Source: Ophelia neglecta
Taxonomy: Eukaryota
DNA: 64,000 bases
NCBI GenBank assembly: GCA_965285935.1
Contig: OZ260662.1
Coordinates: 7,936,001-8,000,000, forward strand
Reading direction: 5' to 3'
The notes under the pieces are model-generated. The model had not been told where the DNA came from. It saw only the letters and a program-made list of their open reading frames with translations, and did no database searches. Positions within the stretch are counted from its first letter, which is position 1. Every line of letters begins with the position of its first letter. Position numbers and translations under genes: made by a program. Positions 39,001-51,189 of this stretch are shown piece by piece.

Positions 39001-42000
39001 TTGTAGGTTTATCCGCTGGTACGTAGCTAGTGGGTTGATCCGCTGGTAGGGCACTAGTAGGTTTACCAGCTGGTGGGAAGCTTGAAAGTAGCTAGTGGGT
39101 TTAACAACTAGTAGGTGGCTAGTGGGTTTATCCGCTAGTAGGTAGCTTGTAGGTTTATCAGCTGGTAGGTGGCTAGTGGGTATATCCGCTAGTAGGTAGC
39201 TTGTAGGTTTATCAGCTGGTAGGTGGCTAGTGGGTTTATCCGCTGGTAGGTTGCTGGTAGGTTTATCAGCTAGTAGGCAGTTAGTGGGTAAGTCCGCAGG
39301 TAGGTAGCTACCTGTTTTATCTGCTGGTGGTTTTTTGTCATGATGGGGAAAAAACTGACCATCAAGGAGGAATTATAGGGTTTAAACACAGAAATACTTG
39401 GTCTGATGCATAAAGTTGGAAACAAACCTGTGTCATTCCATAACGATCTGCGCCGCTGCTGGTGAGAGTGATGTGAGTCACGTGACCAATTACCTTGTTT
39501 GTTAATAACAACATGTCTGTGACCCTAAATAAAACAATGTCAACATATCATATATATGTATAGAAGAAATAGCATGACAAATACAAAACATAATTCTTAG
39601 TGGATATGAAAAAAATAATCCTTTGTCCGTAGTTCATTAGCTGGTACGTATAATAAGCTGACATAGTTTATTAGCTGCATAGTTTAAATTTTATTAGCTG
39701 TATAGTTCTTTAGCTGTATAGTTCATTAGCTGGTATAGTTTACTAGCTGGTATAGTGTATTAGCTGGTTTAGTTTACTAGCTGTAAAGTTTACTAGCTGG
39801 TATAGTTTATTAGCTGGTATAGTTTACTAGCTGGTATAGTGTATTAGCTGGTATAGTTTACTAGCTGTAAAGTTTATTAGCTGGTATAGTTTATTAGCTG
39901 TATAGTTTTTTAGCTTTATAGTTTTTCTTAGCTGTATAGTTTATTAGCATTATAGTTTATAAGCTGGTATAGTGTATTAGCTGGTATAGTGTATTAGGTA
40001 TAGTTTATCAGCTGTATAGGTTATTAGCGGTATAGTTTTTAAGCGGTATAGTTTTTTAGCTGTATAGTTTATTAGCTGTATAATATATTAGCTGTAAATT
40101 TTACTAGCTGAATAATTTATTAGCTGTATAATTTATTAGCTGTATAGTTTATGAGCTGTATAGTTTGTTAGGTCTATAGTTTATTAGCTCTATAGTTTAT
40201 TACTGGTATATTTCATTAGCTGTTATGCATCTTTCTTCTTTAGTTTATAAGCTAGTATGTAGCTAGCAAGTTACTAGCAAGGAGCTAGTAGGTTTATCAG
40301 CTGGTTGGAAGCTAGTAGGTTTATCAGCTGGTAGGAAGCTAGTAGGTTTATCAGCCGGTAGGAAGCTAGTAGGTTTATCAGCTGGTAGGAAGCTAGTAGG
40401 TTTATCAGCTGGTAGGAAGCTAGTAGGTTTATCAGCTGGTAGGAAGCTAGTAGATTTATCAGCTGGTAGGAAGCTAGTAGGTTTATCAGTTGGTACGAAG
40501 CTAGTAGGTTTATCAGCTGGTAGGTAGCTAGTAGGTTTATCAGCTGGTAGGTAGCTAGTACGTTTATCAGCTGGTAAGTAGTTCGTAGATTTAATCTTTC
40601 GTCTGATGCTTGTTTTAACATTATTGCTCATGGTGAATGAGCACAACCAAAATTTATAATAGGTATAAGAGCCTTTCTTTTAGCACACCACAAAATTATA
40701 AGTCGCTCGGTTCTTGTCTAGTACGTCTGCTTAGCCAACGATTGATGGGTTGTTAATAAAATCACAGTTAACCTACATCCCGAGAGTAGTTTGGAACCCA
40801 GTGTCCCATAGTTGAATTCCTCCTTCGGTGTTGCCTGTCCCATGGAGAGTGAGGTATGGTGGGTCGATTGAATCATAGGCAGAATCTATACCAGTGTTCA
40901 GTGTTATAAGAAACAGCTCTCCTGCAACAGAAACTAGGTTATTTGTTGAGTATATTGTAAATTAAATCAGGTCAAACTGCTTAATTTCCTTTGACCCTTA
41001 ACGGAGGACATTTATCACTCCACCCACGGGTTTATATGGGGATAATTTTCAAACACTCGCCTTCAGGATCCTCAGGACATTGCCCTTGTTCGAACGTTTA
41101 AACGTTAGATAGTTAGATTAAAGTTGCTGTCACACTTTAGTGTATAGAGCTAATGTGTGTCTGGCGTATTGAAAAATTGGGTGTACGTTGGCGTAAGTTG
41201 CCTTTCGTTCGTGACACGTTTGACATACGTTGTATTCGTAAGCTGTTCGTAGGGGTTCGCTGGGGTACGCTGGGGCCAATTTTTTCTTTAACATGTTCAA
41301 AATTTTGAGCGTGTGACAACGTAGTGATCAATAAACTATATATAAGTTGAGCATTCGCTGTGTGAACGTTTCGCACGTTGGGTTTAGGTTTCTTCTTCGT
41401 CCGCTCTTCGTCCAAATATATCCAACTCACCCGGAGGAGGTCTGACTACGTGAGCCGTGGTCAGGACCAGGCTGGGATATGTTGGAGGTGACAGAGGAGG
41501 TCGGACTATGTGACCCGTGGTCAGAAGCATCGGAGTCATGAGGTAGGCCTAGGGAAGGGGTTGGGGATATGGGTGAATCTGGAGTGCGTGAAGGTGATGA
41601 TCCACGGAGAGGCGCCCTCTTGGCTGCCTGCTGGCTTGGCAGGCTAGGCTGTCTGCTTCTTCCTCCTCCTAGCAAACTGGAACTCGATAGCGGAACTGGT
41701 CTGGAGATGTTGAGGTAACTTGGTGAAGTGTGACGACGGGGACTTGGAAAGCATATTTATGGGTCAACCGAGATCAACGTCACGTGATCGGCCGTTTTGC
41801 GCTAGGCATTTGTTGGGCATTCGCTGGTCATTTGTTGTGTACGCTCAGCATTCGTTGGATGGACGCTACGCGTGCGCTGTCATTCGTTACTATGAACGCT
41901 AGTTATACGATCAGCATTCGTTCGTCATTCGTTTGACAATCGCCTAATACGCCGGGAATTCGTTAAGGAACAGATTTTGGGTCGAGAATTTTAGCGTATT

Positions 42001-42760
42001 GGACTTTGCCAAATTTCGAGAGAAATAATCTGTACGCTAGGCAGACGTTAGCTCTAAACGCTAAAGTGTGACAGCGCCTTAAATAAAGACGGTCTGTGAA
42101 TATTAAACTTCACAAAGAGACTTGGAACTGATATCTTGTTCTGAGTGACCCAGCGGCTCTGAATAATTTCCGATATTGTTTCAACCTGCCGAAAAAACGC
42201 CAAAACAAATAGGACAAGCTGTATTCTCCATTTGGCAGAGTTTCAGAACTTCAAATGAGAAAGTTCCAGATAACTTAGTACTAAGCTGACAGTGTCCTGG
42301 CACCAACTTATGGACGGTTTGTGAATATCAAATTTCACAAAGGGACTTGGAACTAATATCTTGTTCTTAGTGATGCACACAATGATGCTGACAATGCAAA
42401 CGATTCAGCCTCTAAATACAGAAGGGTGCAATTTTGAAGCAAGTGACCTATATCATATATCTTTTTTTTTTGCAGATTTGTGTGCTCCAGGGAAAGAGAC
42501 ATCCTATTGTTTCGATCTCAAGAATTGTGTAACCAGACTTGCATAAAATTGTTCTTTATAAAACCTTTTTTTATATGATGCCCTATATAAACATATTCTT
42601 TTCTGAGTAAAGACTCAAATGACTCTCTTGTGAAGAGTTCAAATGTGTTTTATAGAATTTCAAATGGCCAGGTTGAAGAGTCCAAAATACTCCGGTGAAG
42701 AGCAAGACATATAACTGCTCCGAACGCCAGTAGCACAGAAATACATCGACCTAACAGCAT
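36062..42760 (-). CDS. Gene 4: near-identical copy of gene 3 in the 13.54-kb duplication
   Basis: Exons 42760-42691 (tentative), 40921-40777, 39524-39428, 37564-37459 and 36363-36062. Differences from gene 3 that I could see: D>E and P>S in the last exon, plus two synonymous changes. Confidence 0.8.
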
Positions 42761-44292
42761 ATGCTTGGAAATATTTCATAAACGTGTAAAAACGTATGTT
42801 AGATACCTTTTGGCCAATATGTTATCTATTCAAAGCAATGATTGACTCACACAAAGAAATCAGATTATTAAAATCAACAATTGTGTGACAAAAACGAAAT
42901 TTAAAGATTAAATGTATAATATATCTGAAATTTTGGTATGCTACTGAGCATACATTTATTAAAACATAATGCCCACTATAGTATTTACATGTATTACAAC
43001 TGTACTAAAAACAATGTCCTTACTAGTCAGTGTGTCCCTAATTGTCAGGTGTCCTTTAGGCCAGGTTTTACTGTATTAATCTTACTTTTAGATTCTAGTA
43101 ATCGGAATGTACCAAAGCATAGAATAGTTACATGCACATAAGCTATGAATAAGACATAATTGTACAATAAATGAATTTTGTTTGAAAAAAAATTAACATT
43201 TTCGGTACATGTAGAACTTACCAATTAAAAGGGCTAAAACAGAACAACTTGTTCTAACCCTTTAACCCTCAGTTTATTAAGCTTCCCTAGTCGAGGTCGA
43301 TATTTTGTTAACCTGTCCTTTTACTGGGTTTTAGGAAGCTGGGTTTGGCTTTAAACCTAGCAAGTTTGGTCTTTTAAATAAACCAGGTCAATAAAAACAC
43401 TGATAAATGCGCTCTCGGCTAACCGGATATATGTTAATCTGATCCCAAAACGTAAGGCCACTTCTAGAAACCGGGCCCACGAGACTATATTGAATCGTAT
43501 CTTAATTGTTTTTTTAATATAAAAATATAAAAGCACACGTTCCAGAACGAGGTACGGGGCGTGGTTTATTGCCTTTCAACGATTGTGATCAGCTGATTTG
43601 CCGTAACAACCTTTAATGATCGAAAAGAATGTCCTTGTTGGTATGAAAACATATATAAGAAATGAAGCACGATGTTCCCACCACTAAAAGCCGGGACGTA
43701 CGTACTATTCCTGTGTGTGATAAGATTCAAAGAAGTTTGGGAATTCATTATTTTGTGAAAATACTCAACTCAATAAACGAGAATCAGTGAACTACATAGC
43801 ATTCAGATTATTGAAACACTCAATTTTTATAACTATAAGTGATCATTTCTTCCTTCTTACAAATGTTAGGACCCTGGGGCTTGTTTTATATAAAGTTCAA
43901 TGGAAGCATGTGTCATTTGTTGATATACTACTTTTGAAGTTTCAGCTTAAAAAGCGTCATGTGTGAAAATATTCTGGTTGTATTTAATGCTATATGTGTT
44001 CTGCGTCATTGAAGGGTTGCTGAAAACCTCAACCAATCATTGAAAGGCATGGCCAGACGATTGTCACTTTATTTCCATAAAATCGGTCATTCTCAAAGGT
44101 AACATCTATTTCATCAGTCTTGCATTCGGCAAATGCTTTTTACGCACCTGGTACAACATGAATTATATTCCGAGACGTTCGAGTTAGTTTGATATATGTA
44201 TTTACAGGACGCGTGTGAAGTGTGTTCTATTATCTACTCCCTGGACGAGGACAGTGTTATCACGATCCGGAATAATCCAGAATGATAATAAA

Positions 44293-44760
44293 AGCACGAA
44301 ACATGGCCGAGGGGTTAGAGCTTCGGCCTCGCCAGTGGTAGATCGGAGTTCAAATCTCGATCGCGTCAAACCCAAGACGTAAAAATAGGTACTGATAGCT
44401 CCCCTGCTAGGCGCCTGGTATTTCGGGGACAGTATCAGGACTGGTCAACCCGGTGTCAGTATAATGTGACTGGGTGGGGTTCCCTGTCTGGTGTCTACAG
44501 CAGGTACTCCAGTGACCCGGTGTCAGTATAATGTGACTGGGTAGGGTTCCCTGTCTGGTGTCAACGGCAGGTACTCCAGTGACCCGGTGTCAGTATAATG
44601 TGACTGGGTGGGGTTCCCTGTCTGGTGTCTACGGCAGGTACTCCAGTGAGGCAGCACTATAAAGAGGGCATTGGGCCCACTGTCACAAGTAGGGACCGTG
44701 GCGATATGACCATGTTAGTGGTAATAAAAAAAACCAAAACAACCGAACCAAACAACCAAC
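44293..44760 (+). mobile_element. Duplicate of the triplicated-core SINE
   Basis: Lies within the second copy of the 13.54-kb duplication. Confidence 0.85.
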
Positions 44761-45917
44761 ATACTGGACAAACTAAAGGCAGTCACGAACCGTAACAACC
44801 TGATACGTGAAGATTGATATAAACCCGACACATTGGCTTTCCATAGCGAACTATAACAGAACTCGTCCCCTACAACGATAATGAGCACGAGTGAATGTTC
44901 CCTACCGAAAAAAAAGACATTAATTGACCGCTGGCGACCGACATTCTACACGCGTCAATGATCGAACAATAGGATGTGTTTATTTTGCAGAATTAACCTG
45001 GCATCCCGTCAAAAGATGGTGGGAAGGGAGAGACAGTGTGTGGGTGGCGAAAGCCGCATGGCCTCTTAAATTGAGCTAATATGAACACAATAATAACCCA
45101 ACCCTTACCCATTTATATCAAAAACAGAATTGAGATGTCTGGGTTAGGGTTGGGTTATAAAATAACTTATATTTTAGATTATTGTGTCAGCAATGCTGAC
45201 GCCGTTCACACAAAGCCAGAGAGTGTGTGTGTGGGGGGGGGGGGGCTTGAGGGATTTGGCGATTTCCCGTGTTTAGGTACGAGGAGCGGGCGCAGGGGGC
45301 TTGGGGACCCTTAAAGTGGTTCTGAGAGGACATATTAGAGGGCGGCTATCGGGCAGAGGGAGACGGAACAGGGAGGGTAGCGCCTTTGTGTTGAAATATT
45401 CTTGTAGCCACGTTCATACCAAATAACCAAATGCACAGGTATATTAACGGCATAGTTTTAGGGAGTTATTTATTTTTGTGTGTTGTTGGCTATTTATTCG
45501 TCACTCGACTCCGACTTGAATCTCTAGTATATTTATAACAATTTGTTGCTTCCCCGGGACGCAAAACACCGGTTTATAAAGCCCAGGGATCTTGTTATCC
45601 TGGGTTTTAGTGGGGAGACCTTTCTCCCAGGGAATCTTCTAATCTTATACACAGGGTATCCAGTACCGTGTGTATTAAAATAAGACAAACGAGTTAGCCG
45701 CTGTGTTATACTTTATTGTTCTGATGTTCCTCTGCTTACAAGCGAGCACCCATGCAGTCGCTTATATATGATGTTACAATGGGTGGGACCTGTGTATCAT
45801 ATTGCGCTTCACACTGGTTGAACCAAAGTTGTGGGCTGTTGTCGTTTCAGGTTAAAACAATAGCTTTATAAAACGTGCACTGAACCAATTCTTTGGCAAG
45901 AGGTGGCTTAGTGCTTC

Positions 45918-48900
45918 TGTAAGATATACGAACAAATGTTAGGCTTGATTTAAGTGGTAGTAAAGCATACTACGGACTACGCCGGTTCTATCCGACCTTT
46001 GGAGCCAACGCCGGAAGTGAAGGTCGGAGAGGACAGTTGGCAAGCATGGGAGTCGAAGCTCACGTCAGACACAGGAGAATCGTCACTTTAACTGTTTATG
46101 TTTCCACGGTTTCTCAGGTCAATAGGCCCAAAGTTGTAAGTCGTTTCGATATTAGATTGTAGGTGTAATAATATTAATGGCATTGACAGATAATGTGAGG
46201 TAAACTTAGAAGTAAATTATGTAATTTGTCATCTTCCAGATTGAACCACTTCACGTCACGTCACCCATGTTCAACGGTCAAGTCGACCTGTCAATCTGTG
46301 TGCGTTCAAACTAATGGTCTATGGACTGATATAAAGAGAGAATAAAGACAATAATCAAATTAGTCACGAGTAATTTATGTTTCGAGACACGTCACTTACA
46401 GTTCAATAACTATGTCTACGGCGAAGGAAATCGACGAAGCACATGGTGGTGCCAAGGCTAAGGTCAGCGTGTCACGTACGCCCGAGACGCCCATGACACC
46501 AGGCAAGATTAAAGATAGACTGAGCCATCTTAGGATAAGCAGAGGCACAGCAAAGGGGATGCTGACAAAAAACAATAAGAAACTTAAACAGTTGATGGAG
46601 GATGAGGCCAACTTTGACCATGTTTTACTTACAGAGGTGGACTTTGATGATAACTTCGAGCGGTTCCTTAGAACACAAGATAGGTACCACAGTTTCTTGC
46701 TTAAACAGGAGCCCAGTTGTGAGGATATAGATACAGCAGAGGACTATGCCAAGACTGTTGAAGCCAACTACATGCAGCTGAAGGATGAAATCTTACAATG
46801 GGTAAAGCAAGTGTCAGAGGGAAGGGACCGAAGCGGGCGCCAGCTTCCAGAAAAACCCGTTCTATCTTCCACGCCAAAGCCATCAGCACCTGCCAAGAGG
46901 CTCTCCTTCCAAAATGAATCGCACAACGAAAGTTTGTTGCAGGTTATATGCAACCAAGAAAGACTGGTCCAGACATTGCAGTTGCCTAAAGCGGAACTCA
47001 TACATTATGATGGAGACCCACTATCATACTGGCAGTTTATTCGAAGTTTTGAAAACTTTGTTGAGAGAGATGTTGTTGACGCTAATGCCAAGTTAATGAG
47101 GCTTCTTCAGTACTGTACAGGGAGGGCTCGTACAGCTATTCAACACTGTGCTGTGATGGAACCAGAGAGAGGATACGAGTTAGCAAGGGCAACATTGCAG
47201 AAGAGATTTGGAGATCAATATACCATAGTGGAGTCCTGGGTACAAAAAATAACCACAGGTCCTTCACTAAAACCGTCTGATAAGAGGGCGATTCGTGATT
47301 ATGCTGACGACATCAGATGTTGTGTAGAAACGTTACAATCCATGGGACGCATTGGAGAACTTGACAACAACAAGGCCATGGTGTCCATAGTTTCGCGCCT
47401 GCCCGGGTTTCTTGCTTTGAGATGGCGAAAGGAGGCTCATGATGTCAAACGAAGGCAACAAAGGATGATAAATGTGATCGACTTGGCTAGATTTGTTGAG
47501 GATGCAGCTGAGGAGTTGAACGATCCAGTGTTTGGAGACGTCGCCTATATGGACAGTCGGAAGTCTAGTGGCAAAGATCAGAGTATTAAAAAATTTGATG
47601 GTTTAAGCCAAGATAGAAAGAAAACTTCATCGTTTTCTGCTCAGGCTAGAAATGGTAAAGAAGGTAAATTTGCAAGCCAAAACACAGGTTACAGTTTTGG
47701 TAAATCTCAATTTTCTGAAAGGAATAATTGTCCAAATTGTAATGAAAAACATACTTTGTTTTATTGTAATCATTTCAAAGCAATGAAACCTAGTCAAAGG
47801 TTAGAATTTGTATTGACAAAAAATTTGTGTAAAAATTGTTTATTGCCAGGTCACTGGGCTGCAGCATGTGGAAAACCCACTACTTGCTCAGTACCAGGTT
47901 GTGGGAAAAAACACACAAAGTTTATTCATCCACTTTTTGCACAGGGCAGTTGTACAACTGGTATGTCAGGGTCAAATCAAAGATCTCCACAGAATGTAAA
48001 TGCTGCAAAAAATCAATGTGTAAATGATGCGAGACAACAGTTGGCTCCAGTTACTCATGTAGAAACTCAATGTAATTTCAATGGGGCCGGTAGAGTAGCT
48101 CTACCAGTAGTACCAGTGCATGTCAGAGTGCCAGGTAGTCAGTTTAGTGTCAAGACATATGCATTACTAGACACAGGTAGCACAAATACCTTTTGTACAG
48201 AAAGTTTAGCCAAATTGTTGGGTGTCAAGGGAATGGATAGAAAACTAACTTTAACAACTCTTGAGGCAAAAAATGTTGTTACAAATTCCTCTATTGTTAG
48301 CTTACAGGCATTTGATGTGAATTTTGAAGATTGTGTTGATTTGCCATTTGTTTTCACTCGTAAAGAACTGCCAATCACTACTGGTAGGCATATGGAGGTG
48401 AACAAGTGGGATCACCTGAGAGAATTATGTTTGCCAGACATAGATATGGATAATATTGGTTTGCTTATTGGGCAGGATGTTCCAGACGCTCTGGTACCCA
48501 AGGAGGTGAGATCAGGTGGAAAAGGCGAGCCCTATGCGGTTCGGACCATCTTTGGCTGGTCAATTAGTGGCCCTCTAGGCGTCGCTTCTGGGTGCCAAGA
48601 AGCTGTTTCAGGGTTTGTTAGGACTGATCAAGAACTTACCGACTTGGTCAAACAATTTTGGAAAATTGAAACGGGTGATGAGCCTGCTATATCTGTCAGT
48701 GATAAGAAGGTGCTAAAGTTGTGGCAGGACACTGTCGCTAGGGACCCTGATGGACATCCCACATTGCCAATACCATTTAAACTATCAAATCCAGGGTTAC
48801 CAGATAATTTCAGGTTAGCTGAGAGTCGACTGATGCTACTCGGTAAGCGCTTTCACAAAGATGAATCCTTTAGACAGAAATACTCAGAGGAAGTTGAAGT

Positions 48901-51189
48901 TATGTTGAACAAAGGTTGGGCAGAATTAGTGCCAGAGGAACAGCTAGTGAAGGATGATGGGAAAGTGTGGTATTTACCCCATCATGCTGTCTACAATGTA
49001 CACAAAGAGAAATTGAGGGTAGTATTTGACTGCTCGGCAGTGTTTAAGGGTACTAGTCTCAACAAGGAGGTTAGTCAAGGTCCCAATTTGACTTCATCGT
49101 TGATAGGTGTACTAACAAGGTTCAGGATTGATCCACTAGCCTTTATTGCTGACATAGAAAAAATGTTTTACCAAGTTAGGGTTAACTCAGAGGACAGAGA
49201 TGTGCTCAGGTTTCTGTGGTGGCCCAATGGAGATTTGAGTCAAGCCCCCCAGGTATATCGCATGAAGGTTCACATTTTTGGTGGAATTTGGAGCCCAAGT
49301 GCTTCAAGTTTTGCACTCAGAAATTTGGCTGAAAGTGCTAAAGGGGAATTTTCTGAAGAATGCATTCGAACTGTCCTTAGGCATTTTTATGTGGACGACT
49401 GCCTCAAATCGGTTGGAGAACTCGAAAGGGGTAGAAAGCTGGTATCAGATATTTGTAGTTTGTTACTTTCAGGGGGGTTCAAACTGACAAAGTGGACATC
49501 GAATTCTCGTGAATTACTTGGGTCAATTCCATGTTCAGAGTGGTCTAAAGAATTGAAAGATATTGATTTGGATAGAGATGCACTCCCAGTTGAAAGGGCA
49601 CTAGGTGTGATTTGGAATACTGACAAAGATTGTTTCACTTTCAAGGTCGTGGTACCAAAAAGGCCCTTGACACGCAGGGGACTTTTGAGTATACTTTGCT
49701 CTGTATATGACCCCTTGGGTATAGTAAGCCCGTTTGTTCTCGTAGCAAAGCTAATCCTCCAAGAACTATGTAGGAGAAATCTTGATTGGGATGACAGTAT
49801 CCCTGATGAAATGATTGAGTTGTGGCAACAGTGGCTTAGAGATCTCCTGATGATTGAAATGGTTAGGATTCCCAGGTGTGTTAAACCAGTTTGGTTGACA
49901 GACATAACTTCTATACAATTGCATCACTTTTCTGACGCATCCGAAAGGGCCTATGCATCAGTTTCATACCTCAGAATGGTGGACATGCTGGGAAATATCT
50001 CTTGCTCATTTATAATTAGTAAATCTAGACTTGCCCCACTCCGGTCCATCACTATTCCGAGATTGGAGTTGTCGGCTGCTGTGCTTTCAGCAAAATCAGA
50101 CAAATTGCTCAGGCAGGAACTTGATATTGATTTGCATGACTCTGTTTATTGGACAGATAGTACAATAGTTTTACAGTATTTGAAGAATGAAGATAAGAGA
50201 TACCAAACGTTTGTGGCAAACAGAATTGCCATCATTTTAGAGGACTCAAAATTTGCCCAATGGCACCATGTTGACTCTTGTTCAAATCCTGCAGACGACT
50301 GCTCGAGGGGGCTGTCTGCAAGTGAGGTTGTGAACAAAGAGAGGTGGATAAATGGTCCAGAATTTCTTTGGCGGTCAAAGGAGCATTGGCCGAAGTCAGA
50401 CATATGTCAAGATTTACCCAGTCAGGATCCAGAGTTGAAATCTGCTGAAAGATCTCGCGTGTTTGCTGCTAGCACAGGTGAGGACTCCTTTCTCGATCCT
50501 TTGATTGAGAGGTGTTCATCGTGGCATCAGTTAAAGAAATCTGTTGCCTGGTTGATTAAAGTTAAGAAAGAATTGCTTCGTAGAGTGAAGGAGAAACAGG
50601 GCATTGTTTTGAAACCCACAACAGAGAAATTTTTGTTAGTTGATGATCTGAGTGAGGCTGAAAGATCACTGATTCAGTATGTACAAATCCGGCATTTTGG
50701 GGATGAAATTGCGGCTCTCAATAAATGTTAGGCTTGATTTAAGTGGTAGTAAAGCATACTACGGACTACGCCGGTTCTATCCGACCTTTGGAGCCAACGC
50801 CGGAAGTGAAGGTCGGAGAGGACAGTTGGCAAGCATGGGAGTCGAAGCTCACGTCAGACACAGGAGAATTGTCACTTTAACTGTTTATGTTTCCACGGTT
50901 TCTCAGGTCAATAGGCCCAAAGTTGTAAGTCGTTTCGATATTAGATTGTAGGTGTAATAATATTAATGGCATTGACAGATAATGTGAGGTAAACTTAGAA
51001 GTAAATTATGTAATTTGTCATCTTCCAGATTGAACCACTTCACGTCACGTCACCCATGTTCAACGGTCAAGTCGACCTGTCAATCTGTGTGCGTTCAAAC
51101 TAATGGTCTATGGACTGATATAAAGAGAGAATAAAGACAATAATCAAATTAGTCACGAGTAATTTATGTTTCGAGACACGTCACTTACA
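45918..51189 (+). mobile_element. BEL/Pao LTR retrotransposon with internal deletion (no integrase)
   Basis: 5' LTR 45918-46400 (TGTAAG...CTTACA). 3' LTR 50723-51189 lacks its first 16 nt. 5-bp TSD GCTTC at 45913-45917 and 51190-51194. One substitution seen between the LTRs. Confidence 0.95.
46412..50731 (+). CDS. BEL/Pao gag-pol polyprotein, truncated before the integrase
   Basis: Gag with three Cys/His knuckles (CPNC..H..C, CKNC..GH..C, CSVPGC..H), protease ALLDTGS, RT WYLPHH/FYVDD and Pao RNase H FSDAS. The stop codon falls inside the 3' LTR. Confidence 0.93.
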   Translation: MSTAKEIDEAHGGAKAKVSVSRTPETPMTPGKIKDRLSHLRISRGTAKGMLTKNNKKLKQLMEDEANFDHVLLTEVDFDDNFERFLRTQDRYHSFLLKQEPSCEDIDTAEDYAKTVEANYMQLKDEILQWVKQVSEGRDRSGRQLPEKPVLSSTPKPSAPAKRLSFQNESHNESLLQVICNQERLVQTLQLPKAELIHYDGDPLSYWQFIRSFENFVERDVVDANAKLMRLLQYCTGRARTAIQHCAVMEPERGYELARATLQKRFGDQYTIVESWVQKITTGPSLKPSDKRAIRDYADDIRCCVETLQSMGRIGELDNNKAMVSIVSRLPGFLALRWRKEAHDVKRRQQRMINVIDLARFVEDAAEELNDPVFGDVAYMDSRKSSGKDQSIKKFDGLSQDRKKTSSFSAQARNGKEGKFASQNTGYSFGKSQFSERNNCPNCNEKHTLFYCNHFKAMKPSQRLEFVLTKNLCKNCLLPGHWAAACGKPTTCSVPGCGKKHTKFIHPLFAQGSCTTGMSGSNQRSPQNVNAAKNQCVNDARQQLAPVTHVETQCNFNGAGRVALPVVPVHVRVPGSQFSVKTYALLDTGSTNTFCTESLAKLLGVKGMDRKLTLTTLEAKNVVTNSSIVSLQAFDVNFEDCVDLPFVFTRKELPITTGRHMEVNKWDHLRELCLPDIDMDNIGLLIGQDVPDALVPKEVRSGGKGEPYAVRTIFGWSISGPLGVASGCQEAVSGFVRTDQELTDLVKQFWKIETGDEPAISVSDKKVLKLWQDTVARDPDGHPTLPIPFKLSNPGLPDNFRLAESRLMLLGKRFHKDESFRQKYSEEVEVMLNKGWAELVPEEQLVKDDGKVWYLPHHAVYNVHKEKLRVVFDCSAVFKGTSLNKEVSQGPNLTSSLIGVLTRFRIDPLAFIADIEKMFYQVRVNSEDRDVLRFLWWPNGDLSQAPQVYRMKVHIFGGIWSPSASSFALRNLAESAKGEFSEECIRTVLRHFYVDDCLKSVGELERGRKLVSDICSLLLSGGFKLTKWTSNSRELLGSIPCSEWSKELKDIDLDRDALPVERALGVIWNTDKDCFTFKVVVPKRPLTRRGLLSILCSVYDPLGIVSPFVLVAKLILQELCRRNLDWDDSIPDEMIELWQQWLRDLLMIEMVRIPRCVKPVWLTDITSIQLHHFSDASERAYASVSYLRMVDMLGNISCSFIISKSRLAPLRSITIPRLELSAAVLSAKSDKLLRQELDIDLHDSVYWTDSTIVLQYLKNEDKRYQTFVANRIAIILEDSKFAQWHHVDSCSNPADDCSRGLSASEVVNKERWINGPEFLWRSKEHWPKSDICQDLPSQDPELKSAERSRVFAASTGEDSFLDPLIERCSSWHQLKKSVAWLIKVKKELLRRVKEKQGIVLKPTTEKFLLVDDLSEAERSLIQYVQIRHFGDEIAALNKC

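Larger units (their letters stand above)
18632..45681 (+). repeat. Near-identical 13.54-kb tandem duplication (18632-32150 vs 32153-45681)
   Basis: Offset stays at ~13538-13542 with only scattered SNPs and indels. The junction at ~32150 joins GTGTGTATTAAAAAT to the A-rich L1 sequence AAAATCAAAAAAAAAAACTTTG. Confidence 0.95.

Noticed and set aside
50679-50951. ORF after gag-pol (env-like or accessory)
   Set aside because: It lies almost entirely within the 3' LTR and has no recognisable motifs.
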